A stretch of 64,000 bases of DNA. Origin: a virus. The stretch spans positions 59,554 through 123,553 of IMG/VR virus record IMGVR_UViG_3300048592_001371. The stretch is one strand, 5' to 3'. The notes below the pieces were generated by a model, which saw nothing but the letters and a program-made list of their open reading frames with translations, searched no databases and was not told the origin of the DNA. The first letter of the stretch is position 1. Every line of letters starts with the position of its first letter. The translations under genes and the position numbers were made by a program. Shown piece after piece: positions 53,632 to 62,935 of this stretch.

Positions 53632-56600
53632 AACTGAGAATCCTAGCGGCACGCGAGAAGGAAATCGACATCAAGAAACTCGGCGTCGCCAAAGTCCTTC
53701 TCGGTGGTAAGAAACACAAGGGCTCACAGGAATTCGTTGCCTACGCTATGGTGGCTGCGAAGAACTACATCTTCAATTCGCTGTACAGCCCGGCCTTCTA
53801 CACACTGGCACTTGAGCACAAGGCCTTCACAACTGAGGAACAGTACAAGGCCGCTTTCCTGGAGGTAGGTAAGCTGGCTCTGGCGACGCGTATTCGCAAG
53901 ATGCGTAACAGCTTGATGATGTCCATTCCGACCACGGTCGTGAATACCAGCTCGCCTTACTATCCGCCGATGGGTAACAGGAACTACGACGCCAGTCAGG
54001 GCGACGTACTCGAAGATTTTGTCAAACGGGCTTTGGAATTCGCCCCGGAATATTTCGACGTCGACAAAACCATCGACGTGACCGTTCCTGTGGATACAGT
54101 GATGGCGCACGAGATCGTGATTCCGGGCTTCAATGTCTCGTCGGAGTACAAGACCAACTTTAAGAACTCCGTGAAGCGTTTCCGCTTTGTGTGCCCCTCT
54201 GTGATAGAGTCCGTGAAAGCGATTCACGGCCAGAGATTGACACACTACGACGCGGATGGGAACCCGATGGTTCCTACAACGCTCGAAGATTACGCCGGCC
54301 GCACAGACGAGGAAGGTCAGCGGCACCGTCGCGAGTTTATCGAGTGGGTGGTTCGTAATCGCCCGATTATGGCCTACATTGACATTTTGCTGGATCAGCA
54401 AACTCTCCTCAGTATCACGAACAACGACACCTTCGATACAGTCCAGAATCAGACAGTTGGTGCCTGGGCGCACAACCTCCTTCAGTACGCCTTTACTCCC
54501 GGTTCGGACTCGGAACTTGTCGATTCGGTACAGGACATTTCCAAGATCTCGTCCTTCAACAAGACAAGTCCGGTACGTGAAGTTGCTCGTACTAACGCTG
54601 ATGGCCTATCCATTACCAGTTCTGGCGACCTGCGTTTCCTACCTATCGTCGATAAGGGTGAGCAGTATGAAGCGGATGTTGAAGATCGTGGTCGTCAGGA
54701 TGACGGGGACTGGGCATTAACGGACCCGAAGAATCCGCGTTCCTTGAAGAAGGAAGTTGCCGAAGATGGGACAGAACGCTTCACCTCCAAGCGCAGTTTG
54801 CGTGACCAGATCATCTACACCGATCTGAAATACGGCAAGTTCTGCTACACCGATACGGAAGGTAAGCTCGTTGTCCAGGATATCGAATCGTGGCGTCCGG
54901 CCGCGTTGAACTCGATTTCCAAAGTCATGAATTACTTGCTGGACGCGAGCTCGACCAAATCAGAGGCAGCCTGGAATGACGTGTCGCGTTGCTGCAAATA
55001 CGCAAGGGACAATGGCTTCACATTGCCACAAGATGAGATCGACAACGCCTCTCGACTGTTCTACAATCTGGGTGGCACCCGGGAACATCAAGGGCAATTG
55101 ATCCGGGCCTTGAACGAGGACGGTCCCGAAGCCTTTGTTATTCAACTGACTCGACACCTCGCCTCCCTGTACGGTAGCGAAGTGAATTTGGATCGACGTA
55201 CTCCGCTGACAGAGCCTGAGAAGAATATCGTTGGCGAGTTCTACAGCAATCGGGGTGTTCGGCTTGGCGACATCGGTCCCGCACCGTATATCCCAATGCT
55301 CCGCTTGGTCTATCTGCAGGTCAAATTCACGCATGACGCGTATCACGCTAATCCGGACGAGTTCATTCGACACTCCTCTGTCGTTTCCATGATGCGTGTG
55401 GTAGCCATGGCCACCGTGATCGAGAAATACGGTAGCCGTGTCGATCAAGTGAAGCAACAAGACCAGCAAGAGCGGGCCGTGTATCTCCAGCCAAACTTGG
55501 CGGACGTAAAGGGGCTGACAGTCGAAGGCATCCCCTTCGTCAAAGGTCTGCGTTTGATGCCCCACCAAGTGAAGGCGTGGAACTACATCCGCAATAGTCC
55601 TCCGAACGAGGTACTCGACGTTTCCGCCGGTGGTGGCAAGACCATATTGGCACTGATAGACATCTGGTACAACCAAGGGAAGAAGAACGTCAAGAAACCC
55701 CTGATCATGTGTCCGACCTATCTGGTCAAAAACTACTTTGCAGATGCGGCCTACGCCTCTCAAGGACGTGTGAACGTTGTTGCTATTACTAGCGGCACGT
55801 TGCGTCGTTGGGGGCGTGACAAACTGACGAACATTATCGAGAAGGCTCCGATCAATACCATCTTCGTTGCCGGTTTCGATTTCTTGCGTGGTGGTATCAA
55901 GCGCATATCCTACGGTGCGAAGCGTATCCAGATTTCGGAGAACGCTGAGTTCCTGCGTCAGTTTAACTTTGACGGATTGTGGATCGACGAATCGCACATG
56001 CTCAAGAACGATAAGAGCTTGCGCACGCGTTCCGTGGCACGTTTGATAGCGGGCATCCCATATCGTCGTGAAATGACCGGCACGTACAACCCGAACGACT
56101 ACCGTGACGTTGTCGGTCAGTTTGGATTGATGGATCCGTCTGCGTTCGGAGACATGGACAACTTTGTCAGCGAGTACGCCGAAGAGGTGAAAGGCGGACG
56201 GGTGTATGCGTGGAAGCAAAACGCGGCCCGCAAGATTCGCGAACGCATGTCTGAGCATTCGGCCTACATCAAGATCGGACGCAAGGAATGGGCCTCGTTG
56301 CTTCCTCCGCGTATGGAACCGGTTCTGGGACCCGACGGCCAGCCTGTGATGGGACCGGATGGTCAAGTACAGAAGCAAGGCACCGAAACATTCCACCCCG
56401 TCGAACTGACAGCGGCCCAAAGCGATCTATACAACGTATTGCTTGAGACCTCCTTAAAGGAGATCCAGGAGCAGATGGCCAACGACCCCAAGATGGCGCG
56501 TCTGATGCGCGCTATCGAGGAAAAGGGCGATGGCGACGAATCCGTCGAGGAAATGGAAGACGATTTGATGGAACAGCTCCTGGGTGTGTATATCCAGCGC

Positions 56601-58496
56601 CTGGAACGGTTCCTTACTGCGCCAATGGCCGACGAAGCTTCGCAGAACGTTCTGACACATCCAGAAGATCGCATGAGCCCGAAGGCCCGAGCCGTGATCT
56701 CTATCTGCGAGCAACATCTGAACCGCAAGATTCCCGGCAAGATCATCGTCTTCACTCAGTACGTGGAATCGGCGAAAGCTATCTACGAATCGCTGCCTTC
56801 CCACATCAAGGATAGGGCCCTGTTGTATCAGGCCTCGAAGTACCGGGAGCAGACACTGGCCGAGTTCAAGAGCAACCCGGACAAGCTGATCATGATCGGT
56901 TGCGAGAAGTCGCTGAATACGGGTCACAACTTCCAGTTCGCCAGTCGTCTCATTCGTGTGGAGAGTGTGTGGAACTGGGGCCAGTTGGAACAGGGTGAAT
57001 CGCGCGTCAACCGTCCGAATGCGAAGATCGAAGAATTCAGAACAGCGATCTACGTCGACTACGTGTTCGTGAACAATACGATCGACGTGACGAAGATGGC
57101 TCGGTTGATCTCGAAGGCTGTTGAGTCTGCTAAGTTTAACGAGGCAGAGGACGAACGCTTCCAACAGTTGCCCAGTCTGGAACCTGTCAAGATGAGCCTG
57201 AAGGTGATCGAACAACGGAACGATTTCCGCGATCCCGAGCATGGCCTCATGGAGCACTTCAACACCTTCCAGGACATGAAGGTACTGGAGGAAATCACCT
57301 ACCAGGAGTTCCGCGAGAATCCGAACAACCGGACGGAACCTGCCGACATCCCCGACGGCCCAATACTGGAAGGAAGTGGCTTCCTCAAGGAAGTGCCGTA
57401 CGTTCCCGAAATGGAATTGTATGCTCCAGAGGAACTTGGATTGGTTGCCTTCTCCGACCATATCAACACTCTGCCCGGAGGGGCGCGAACCGCCGATCCG
57501 ACAGGTTGGAATGTTCATACGGAATACGGTGACGGCACGGTGCTTGGTTTCCGACGCAGAGAAGATGGAACCATTACCAGCCTCCGCGTTCTATTGCCGG
57601 GTGGGCAGGCCGATACTATTCCGGTCACGCGTGTGTGGGTGATAACCAAGGAGTCCGATTCTCCCAAGTCGATACGTCAGCGCATCGCTGAGTTGCTGGC
57701 CACCGACATTTCTGGAACCGAGGTTGAATACGAGGCCCCTCCACCCTCCTCGCGTCCGATCAAGACGTTGAAACCGACCAAGGAAACGCCGCGCAAAACT
57801 GGCAAAGGCCTGGTCAAGTTTGACGAGATCGAGAAGAACGAGGGTTTTGCCCTCGAGGTAGCGTCAGTGTTCGAATCCGTGGCCTTTGTTGTGAATATCA
57901 ACGACCCAGATACTCCAGTTGAGGAACTGAAACGCGATGGTTGGATTTCGCCTCGACCTTTCATCTACGCCATGATGCGTGGACCGAAGACAACGCGCGC
58001 CTTGATCGAGAAGATGGAAGAGCAATTCGAGATCCCGGAGCCCTTTGCGAGTCACCTAGAGGACACTATCGGCAAGATGAAAGAAGCGGGTGCCGGTACC
58101 GGCTCGGGACGTCAGGAGTTCTTCTCGTTGCTGCAACCCGGTGAGATTCGTAACTTCCTGTTGGAGAACCACCGGACTGCTAAGCCTGGACAGGTGAAGC
58201 CCTACATCATCGTCCACGACGATTACTTCCGTGGCAAGCCCAATCCGGCGATCTATGTTTGCTTGGATAAGAAATCGAATCCGGAACTGATGAAGGTTCG
58301 CAAGATCGTACAGACGTCCAAAGGCCCGGTTATCTGGAAGGAAGACCTCGGTCAGGACAAGCTCTGGAAGTTTCTGCCGAAAGGCAAGAAGGAAGCAGCT
58401 AAATACTTTGGCCAGCTGTCTTCCAAGTTCACTATCAGCAATAAGGCCGAAGTTGAGAACGCCATTCGTAACATTTTCGTCGTAGGAGGTAGGTAA
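53628..58496 (+). CDS. Large SNF2-like superfamily 2 helicase/translocase
   Basis: LMPHQ, AGGGKT, IDESH, TGT, KIIVF, TGHNFQ and QGESRVNR. GGAGG RBS before ATG 53628. Confidence 0.88.
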   Translation: MKLRILAAREKEIDIKKLGVAKVLLGGKKHKGSQEFVAYAMVAAKNYIFNSLYSPAFYTLALEHKAFTTEEQYKAAFLEVGKLALATRIRKMRNSLMMSIPTTVVNTSSPYYPPMGNRNYDASQGDVLEDFVKRALEFAPEYFDVDKTIDVTVPVDTVMAHEIVIPGFNVSSEYKTNFKNSVKRFRFVCPSVIESVKAIHGQRLTHYDADGNPMVPTTLEDYAGRTDEEGQRHRREFIEWVVRNRPIMAYIDILLDQQTLLSITNNDTFDTVQNQTVGAWAHNLLQYAFTPGSDSELVDSVQDISKISSFNKTSPVREVARTNADGLSITSSGDLRFLPIVDKGEQYEADVEDRGRQDDGDWALTDPKNPRSLKKEVAEDGTERFTSKRSLRDQIIYTDLKYGKFCYTDTEGKLVVQDIESWRPAALNSISKVMNYLLDASSTKSEAAWNDVSRCCKYARDNGFTLPQDEIDNASRLFYNLGGTREHQGQLIRALNEDGPEAFVIQLTRHLASLYGSEVNLDRRTPLTEPEKNIVGEFYSNRGVRLGDIGPAPYIPMLRLVYLQVKFTHDAYHANPDEFIRHSSVVSMMRVVAMATVIEKYGSRVDQVKQQDQQERAVYLQPNLADVKGLTVEGIPFVKGLRLMPHQVKAWNYIRNSPPNEVLDVSAGGGKTILALIDIWYNQGKKNVKKPLIMCPTYLVKNYFADAAYASQGRVNVVAITSGTLRRWGRDKLTNIIEKAPINTIFVAGFDFLRGGIKRISYGAKRIQISENAEFLRQFNFDGLWIDESHMLKNDKSLRTRSVARLIAGIPYRREMTGTYNPNDYRDVVGQFGLMDPSAFGDMDNFVSEYAEEVKGGRVYAWKQNAARKIRERMSEHSAYIKIGRKEWASLLPPRMEPVLGPDGQPVMGPDGQVQKQGTETFHPVELTAAQSDLYNVLLETSLKEIQEQMANDPKMARLMRAIEEKGDGDESVEEMEDDLMEQLLGVYIQRLERFLTAPMADEASQNVLTHPEDRMSPKARAVISICEQHLNRKIPGKIIVFTQYVESAKAIYESLPSHIKDRALLYQASKYREQTLAEFKSNPDKLIMIGCEKSLNTGHNFQFASRLIRVESVWNWGQLEQGESRVNRPNAKIEEFRTAIYVDYVFVNNTIDVTKMARLISKAVESAKFNEAEDERFQQLPSLEPVKMSLKVIEQRNDFRDPEHGLMEHFNTFQDMKVLEEITYQEFRENPNNRTEPADIPDGPILEGSGFLKEVPYVPEMELYAPEELGLVAFSDHINTLPGGARTADPTGWNVHTEYGDGTVLGFRRREDGTITSLRVLLPGGQADTIPVTRVWVITKESDSPKSIRQRIAELLATDISGTEVEYEAPPPSSRPIKTLKPTKETPRKTGKGLVKFDEIEKNEGFALEVASVFESVAFVVNINDPDTPVEELKRDGWISPRPFIYAMMRGPKTTRALIEKMEEQFEIPEPFASHLEDTIGKMKEAGAGTGSGRQEFFSLLQPGEIRNFLLENHRTAKPGQVKPYIIVHDDYFRGKPNPAIYVCLDKKSNPELMKVRKIVQTSKGPVIWKEDLGQDKLWKFLPKGKKEAAKYFGQLSSKFTISNKAEVENAIRNIFVVGGR

Positions 58497-58990
58497 TGCT
58501 AACATCAGACCAAATCGCTGGTATTCAGAATTTTCTGCAGAACAAGGGGATGCTCGGCAATCACGTGAAAGGTGAATGGGACCTGACAACGGCCCGCTGC
58601 TATGTCACGTATGCCATCTACACAGGCCTCGACCGGAACAAGGCTCAACAGCAGCCAACGGACCTGTCTCAACTACCTGCTGAACTGCAAGACGCACTGG
58701 CCGGAGTGATGTCGCTGTCGGAGGATGTCAAAACCGAGTCGACCAAGGAACTGTCTTCGGAGGAAGAAGATGCCGCAGAGAAGGCTCTTGACGAAATGGC
58801 TGACGCTAACTCGACAGAGACAACAGACGTTTCAGACGAGGAACTGGCAGCTCTCGCAGCCGAGGCCAACGCAAGCACAGACGCATCTTTCGATCCCGCT
58901 TCTTCGGACGCGCGTGACCCTGAAGTAGCCGTCGCGGATGAAGAAATCGAGACCATGAAGTCCCCTTTCGAGCAATCTTCGGACGAATAA
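58496..58990 (+). CDS. Hypothetical protein with acidic tail
   Basis: AGGAGGT RBS; D/E/S/A-rich C-terminal half. Confidence 0.6.
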   Translation: MLTSDQIAGIQNFLQNKGMLGNHVKGEWDLTTARCYVTYAIYTGLDRNKAQQQPTDLSQLPAELQDALAGVMSLSEDVKTESTKELSSEEEDAAEKALDEMADANSTETTDVSDEELAALAAEANASTDASFDPASSDARDPEVAVADEEIETMKSPFEQSSDE

Positions 58991-59069
58991 TCAAGCGGGT
59001 GGGGCTGAAATAACGCCCCTCCCGACTTGTAAATGAGACTTACAGAACGTATCCGCAAGGGTAGCATAA

Positions 59070-62060
59070 ATGACAAAAAGCCTATTTGGCAGTAACTGCA
59101 AGTCGTACAACTATAAGAACGATGTCCCTGAGTTCATTGCGAACGCCGACAAGCGTTGCCTCCCGTTCAACGTCAAAATTCGTGTGCCTGATACTTGGAA
59201 GAAATCCAAGTGTCGGGTTCTTTGCGTTATCGAGCACGTAGATAGCGCAGATATTGAAAAGAAGCGGCTATGCTCCGCCACCTATGGCACGGTACTGGAG
59301 AACGTCTTCGGACTAGCTGAGGACTACGTTAGGCACCTAGACGTTCCCAAGTACGAAATCGCCGTTGCCAATTTCAACTTCTTCCGCACGTATCACATCA
59401 AGGACGTCAAACTGCGTAATCAAGCAGATCAGGCGGCCGCTACTCGCATTCGCAAACTTGTCAAAACCCTCCAGCCGCACAAGGTAATCATATTCGGTGA
59501 CAACGCAGCGGAACAGTTGCTGCCCAACGTCGAAAACATCCGTCTGCTACGTGGGCACAAACACAAGATAGACGGCGTCGAATACTACTCCTCCATTGAC
59601 CCCAGCGTCGGCTATTCCAAGTCTCGTGGTGACGATGACGAGGACGGCAACGTATCGGATCTCAAGGAAGAGACGACGTTGAAGTACTGTAACCTCCTAG
59701 GTTACGTCTCCCGCACAGTTGCTGCAGCCCTGATCGGAAAAATACCGTATCCAATCGACGTAGTGCCGAATCCCGTGCTAGTCGACAGCATAAAGAAATT
59801 CGACAAGCTCTACAAGCGATTGATGTCAGAGAAGGTGATCGCCTGTGACATTGAGACGGAAGACTTGTCGCGTGTGACAAACCGTCTGCTCACCATCCAG
59901 TTCGCCTTTGATAGCAAGACCGGTTACGTCCTACCTATTCTCCACAAGGACAGTCCCTTTAGCAAGGAGGAGCTGTCTTACATCCGCAAGAGGCTGCGTC
60001 GGTTCTTCAACAAGCAGCGCGACTACCTCCTCAAGCAGTACGATGACTACATCATAGGTCAGAACTTCAAGTTCGACATGTCAGTATTGCGTCACTGGCT
60101 CAAAATCAACCAAGTGCTTTGGCCCATCTGGGACTTGCAGTCTGGCGAATACGCTCTAGATGAGAACATTGTCACGTTGAAGGACAAGAGCAAATTCGGA
60201 ACCTCGCAGTACAATCTGTTGCAAATCTCATTGAATTACGGCTGCTTCGCCTATCTGCAGGCCAAGTTTGGCAAGAGCGAACGGCACACAATCTCGCAAG
60301 TCGATCTGAGCAGGGATGTTCTCGAATACTGCGCTCTCGACGTGCAGGTGCCCTTTGCCATTCATGAGCAACAGCTTGCTCGGGCGAAGCACCAGAACTT
60401 TGCTAAGACAAGCTATCAAGAGTCGTACAAGCGTTTTGTCGTGACGCAGATGAGTAACATGGTTCACATCACGTCGCAGATGGAGCAAAGAGGGGCCTGT
60501 ATCGACTTGCCCTATTTGATGAAGATGCGGTCCTCTAAAGGACCGTTAGAGCAGTTGCTTGCGGAGAAGCTGGCGAAATTCAAGAAAAGCAAAGCGGCTC
60601 TCCGTGCCAATAAGTTGGTTCTGAAGAAGACAGGCGCGCCGTCCGGTAGCATCTACGAAACGATTGGTGCCAAGACAGATAACTGGGTACTCAACCTCAA
60701 CAAGCCAATCCACAAGCAAATCCTCTTCATCGACGTACTTGGTCTCAAAGCTAGTAGAACAACAGCTTCCGGGGCTCCGCAGATCGACAAGTATTTCATG
60801 GCGGCCTACAAGGACGCAGTCCCGGAAGCAGCTCTGTACGACGAATACTCGCAATTGCTGAAACTGTCGGGAACATATATTGGGGCGTTTGCACGCAGAT
60901 ACAAGGAAGAGAAGGATTTTCGTAGTGACGGGCATTTGCGACCGTCCTTCGGCTTCGTAGAAACGGCTACCGGTCGCGGTAACTCTTACGATCCAAATCT
61001 GCAGAACATCCCGACACGTGGCAAGTTTGCCAAGATGATCAAGCGATCCTTTGTCTCGCCTCACGGATCTTTGCGTCTGAAGATGGACTACTCGGCCCAC
61101 GAAGTTCGTGTCTGGGCAATCATAGCGGGCGACGAATTGTTAGCAGCGTTGTTCCAACGTGGTCGAGAACTGCGGCAAAAATTCCGGAGTACCGAGGATC
61201 CGAAGTACAAAGCCCTGATGGATACAATTGGGGATATTCATAAGCTGAATTGCCAGTTCTTCTTCGGTGTAGAGCCCGCGGAAGTGACCAAGGAACAACG
61301 TGATTCGATCAAGAACGTCGTGTTCGGATCCATCTATGGACGCAGCGCTGGTTCCATTGGTAAGGTCATCAACAAGGACAAGGAATACGTTGAGAAGCTC
61401 CTCGATCGATTCTTCGACCGTTTCAAGAAGGCGTCGGCTTGGTTGAAATGGGCCAAGCGCCACTCTGTGCAGCACAACTATGTCTACAGCCCGATCGGTC
61501 GTGTGCGTCATATGTACGCTCACCTGTACGGAATGCAGGGACTGGTTGCGGCCACCGAACGTCGTGGATCGAACGCTCCCATCCAGGGTTTCGCTGCCGA
61601 TATGGGGCACACCGCCGCCTACATCTACGGCATTCATTTGGAGCAAGTCTTCCAGCGTTTTGACCGCATGGACGGATTGCTGGTTCCCGGAGGCGTGTCG
61701 ATTATGGTTCACGACAGCCTTTTCGGAGACATGAACTACCGCAATTACTTGGTAGCTCTCCAGATCATGCAGTGGAGCGCTACGTTGGGTTGTGAGCAGT
61801 ATTACGAGACACACTTCGGAGTGAAGTATCCAGTACATCTGGAAGTTGAATTCGAGCTAGGAGCCGACGACAGCCGACTTATCAAGTGGGACTGGTCGGA
61901 GACCCAGCTCAAACAGGCCATAGAGCAAAGCCTGGTGTATCAAACAGACATATATCCCAAGTTGGATGTGAAGAAGACACTGAAGGAAATCTACGCGGTG
62001 CGAAATGACACGAAAGTCATGCGCTACTTAGACAAACACTATCCGATCCTAGCGGATTGA
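59070..62060 (+). CDS. polA: Family A DNA polymerase with N-terminal uracil-DNA-glycosylase-like domain and 3'-5' exonuclease
   Basis: Exonuclease motifs DIETE, QNFKFD and YCALD. Polymerase motifs TGR..S.DPNLQNIP, DYSAHE, R..IK..VFG..YG, NAPIQG and VHDS. VIIFGDNAA in the N-terminal domain. Confidence 0.93.
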   Translation: MTKSLFGSNCKSYNYKNDVPEFIANADKRCLPFNVKIRVPDTWKKSKCRVLCVIEHVDSADIEKKRLCSATYGTVLENVFGLAEDYVRHLDVPKYEIAVANFNFFRTYHIKDVKLRNQADQAAATRIRKLVKTLQPHKVIIFGDNAAEQLLPNVENIRLLRGHKHKIDGVEYYSSIDPSVGYSKSRGDDDEDGNVSDLKEETTLKYCNLLGYVSRTVAAALIGKIPYPIDVVPNPVLVDSIKKFDKLYKRLMSEKVIACDIETEDLSRVTNRLLTIQFAFDSKTGYVLPILHKDSPFSKEELSYIRKRLRRFFNKQRDYLLKQYDDYIIGQNFKFDMSVLRHWLKINQVLWPIWDLQSGEYALDENIVTLKDKSKFGTSQYNLLQISLNYGCFAYLQAKFGKSERHTISQVDLSRDVLEYCALDVQVPFAIHEQQLARAKHQNFAKTSYQESYKRFVVTQMSNMVHITSQMEQRGACIDLPYLMKMRSSKGPLEQLLAEKLAKFKKSKAALRANKLVLKKTGAPSGSIYETIGAKTDNWVLNLNKPIHKQILFIDVLGLKASRTTASGAPQIDKYFMAAYKDAVPEAALYDEYSQLLKLSGTYIGAFARRYKEEKDFRSDGHLRPSFGFVETATGRGNSYDPNLQNIPTRGKFAKMIKRSFVSPHGSLRLKMDYSAHEVRVWAIIAGDELLAALFQRGRELRQKFRSTEDPKYKALMDTIGDIHKLNCQFFFGVEPAEVTKEQRDSIKNVVFGSIYGRSAGSIGKVINKDKEYVEKLLDRFFDRFKKASAWLKWAKRHSVQHNYVYSPIGRVRHMYAHLYGMQGLVAATERRGSNAPIQGFAADMGHTAAYIYGIHLEQVFQRFDRMDGLLVPGGVSIMVHDSLFGDMNYRNYLVALQIMQWSATLGCEQYYETHFGVKYPVHLEVEFELGADDSRLIKWDWSETQLKQAIEQSLVYQTDIYPKLDVKKTLKEIYAVRNDTKVMRYLDKHYPILAD

Positions 62061-62077
62061 CGTGACAAGGATACAAC

Positions 62078-62893
62078 ATGGATAATCAGGCGATCGAAAC
62101 GGCCCCTTGGTTTGGCCTCTTGTTTTTGTACGGGACGTCCAACAATTATCAACCACTCTATCAGTACCTCTGTCAATACTGCGATGTGCTCGCAGCGGGT
62201 AACACCGAGGACAGATCGTTTTCGACATACGAGGTACCTGATGACCACGAGGTACTGGTCAAGCAATTGGAGAACACATTCCGCGTCCGTCCCTACTCAT
62301 ACTTGCTGGGTGGAATGCGCCCACATGAAATGAACATCGTTACCCGCAATGCGACTGTTCTAACATGGATGCAAGGAAACATCCTGCACGAGGACGGCGT
62401 TGCCTACCCGGCAAAGCTCCTAGCCAAGTTGAACCAAACGTCTGATGAAGACAGCGCGTCTAGCAAGTATGAACGCAAGAACTACACTGAACTGGTTCGG
62501 GAGCGTGTCGTGTCGCGTATGCCCGGCAAGTGGGGTTTGTCTTTAGCCTACATTGGAATCAAGACAGCCTTCATTCTCAGTTGCCGCAACATCCAGATTC
62601 ACCTGTGGCTGATCTACTTTGATGGTGCCTACTTCCTCCTGTGGAGCACGTATAAGAATGCGGCCCACGAACTGGAAATGGCTTTCGGCAAGGTCGGTCT
62701 GGTGAACCGGGAGATTTTCTTCCAACAAGAGATCGAATTGGAGCTGTCCTCGATCCTGACGATACACCCGATCTACTTCGTGAACAAGGTCAACAAACGG
62801 ATGCATACCTACGTTGATCGTAACTCGCGCAAGATGTTGATCTGCAATTTCATCCGAACGTACTTGACCCGTCAGAACAAAAGCATTGATTGA
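62078..62893 (+). CDS. Hypothetical protein
   Basis: AAGGA RBS; 271 aa. Confidence 0.6.
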   Translation: MDNQAIETAPWFGLLFLYGTSNNYQPLYQYLCQYCDVLAAGNTEDRSFSTYEVPDDHEVLVKQLENTFRVRPYSYLLGGMRPHEMNIVTRNATVLTWMQGNILHEDGVAYPAKLLAKLNQTSDEDSASSKYERKNYTELVRERVVSRMPGKWGLSLAYIGIKTAFILSCRNIQIHLWLIYFDGAYFLLWSTYKNAAHELEMAFGKVGLVNREIFFQQEIELELSSILTIHPIYFVNKVNKRMHTYVDRNSRKMLICNFIRTYLTRQNKSID

Positions 62894-62904
62894 TTACGGA
62901 CTGT

Positions 62905-62912
62905 TGTAAATA
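62905..62912 (+). promoter_or_regulatory. TGTAAATA putative promoter upstream of the clamp gene
   Basis: Exact motif in an intergenic gap. Confidence 0.6.
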
Positions 62913-62935
62913 CACGTGTTCATTGTGAGGACTAT

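Noticed and set aside
54960-57518. Long antisense ORFs (486 and 354 aa) inside the helicase, and similar ones at 41731, 46116 and 48233
   Set aside because: In-register antisense shadows caused by codon bias of the real + strand genes; no motifs or RBS.
58996-59024. GC-rich hairpin between ORF 58496 and polA as a terminator
   Set aside because: The stem is imperfect and has no U-tract, so its function cannot be supported.
59070-62060. Intron or intein in the polymerase (also checked helicase, RecA and primase)
   Set aside because: The reading frames are continuous, motif spacing is normal, and no intein C/S...HN or LAGLIDADG signature was seen.
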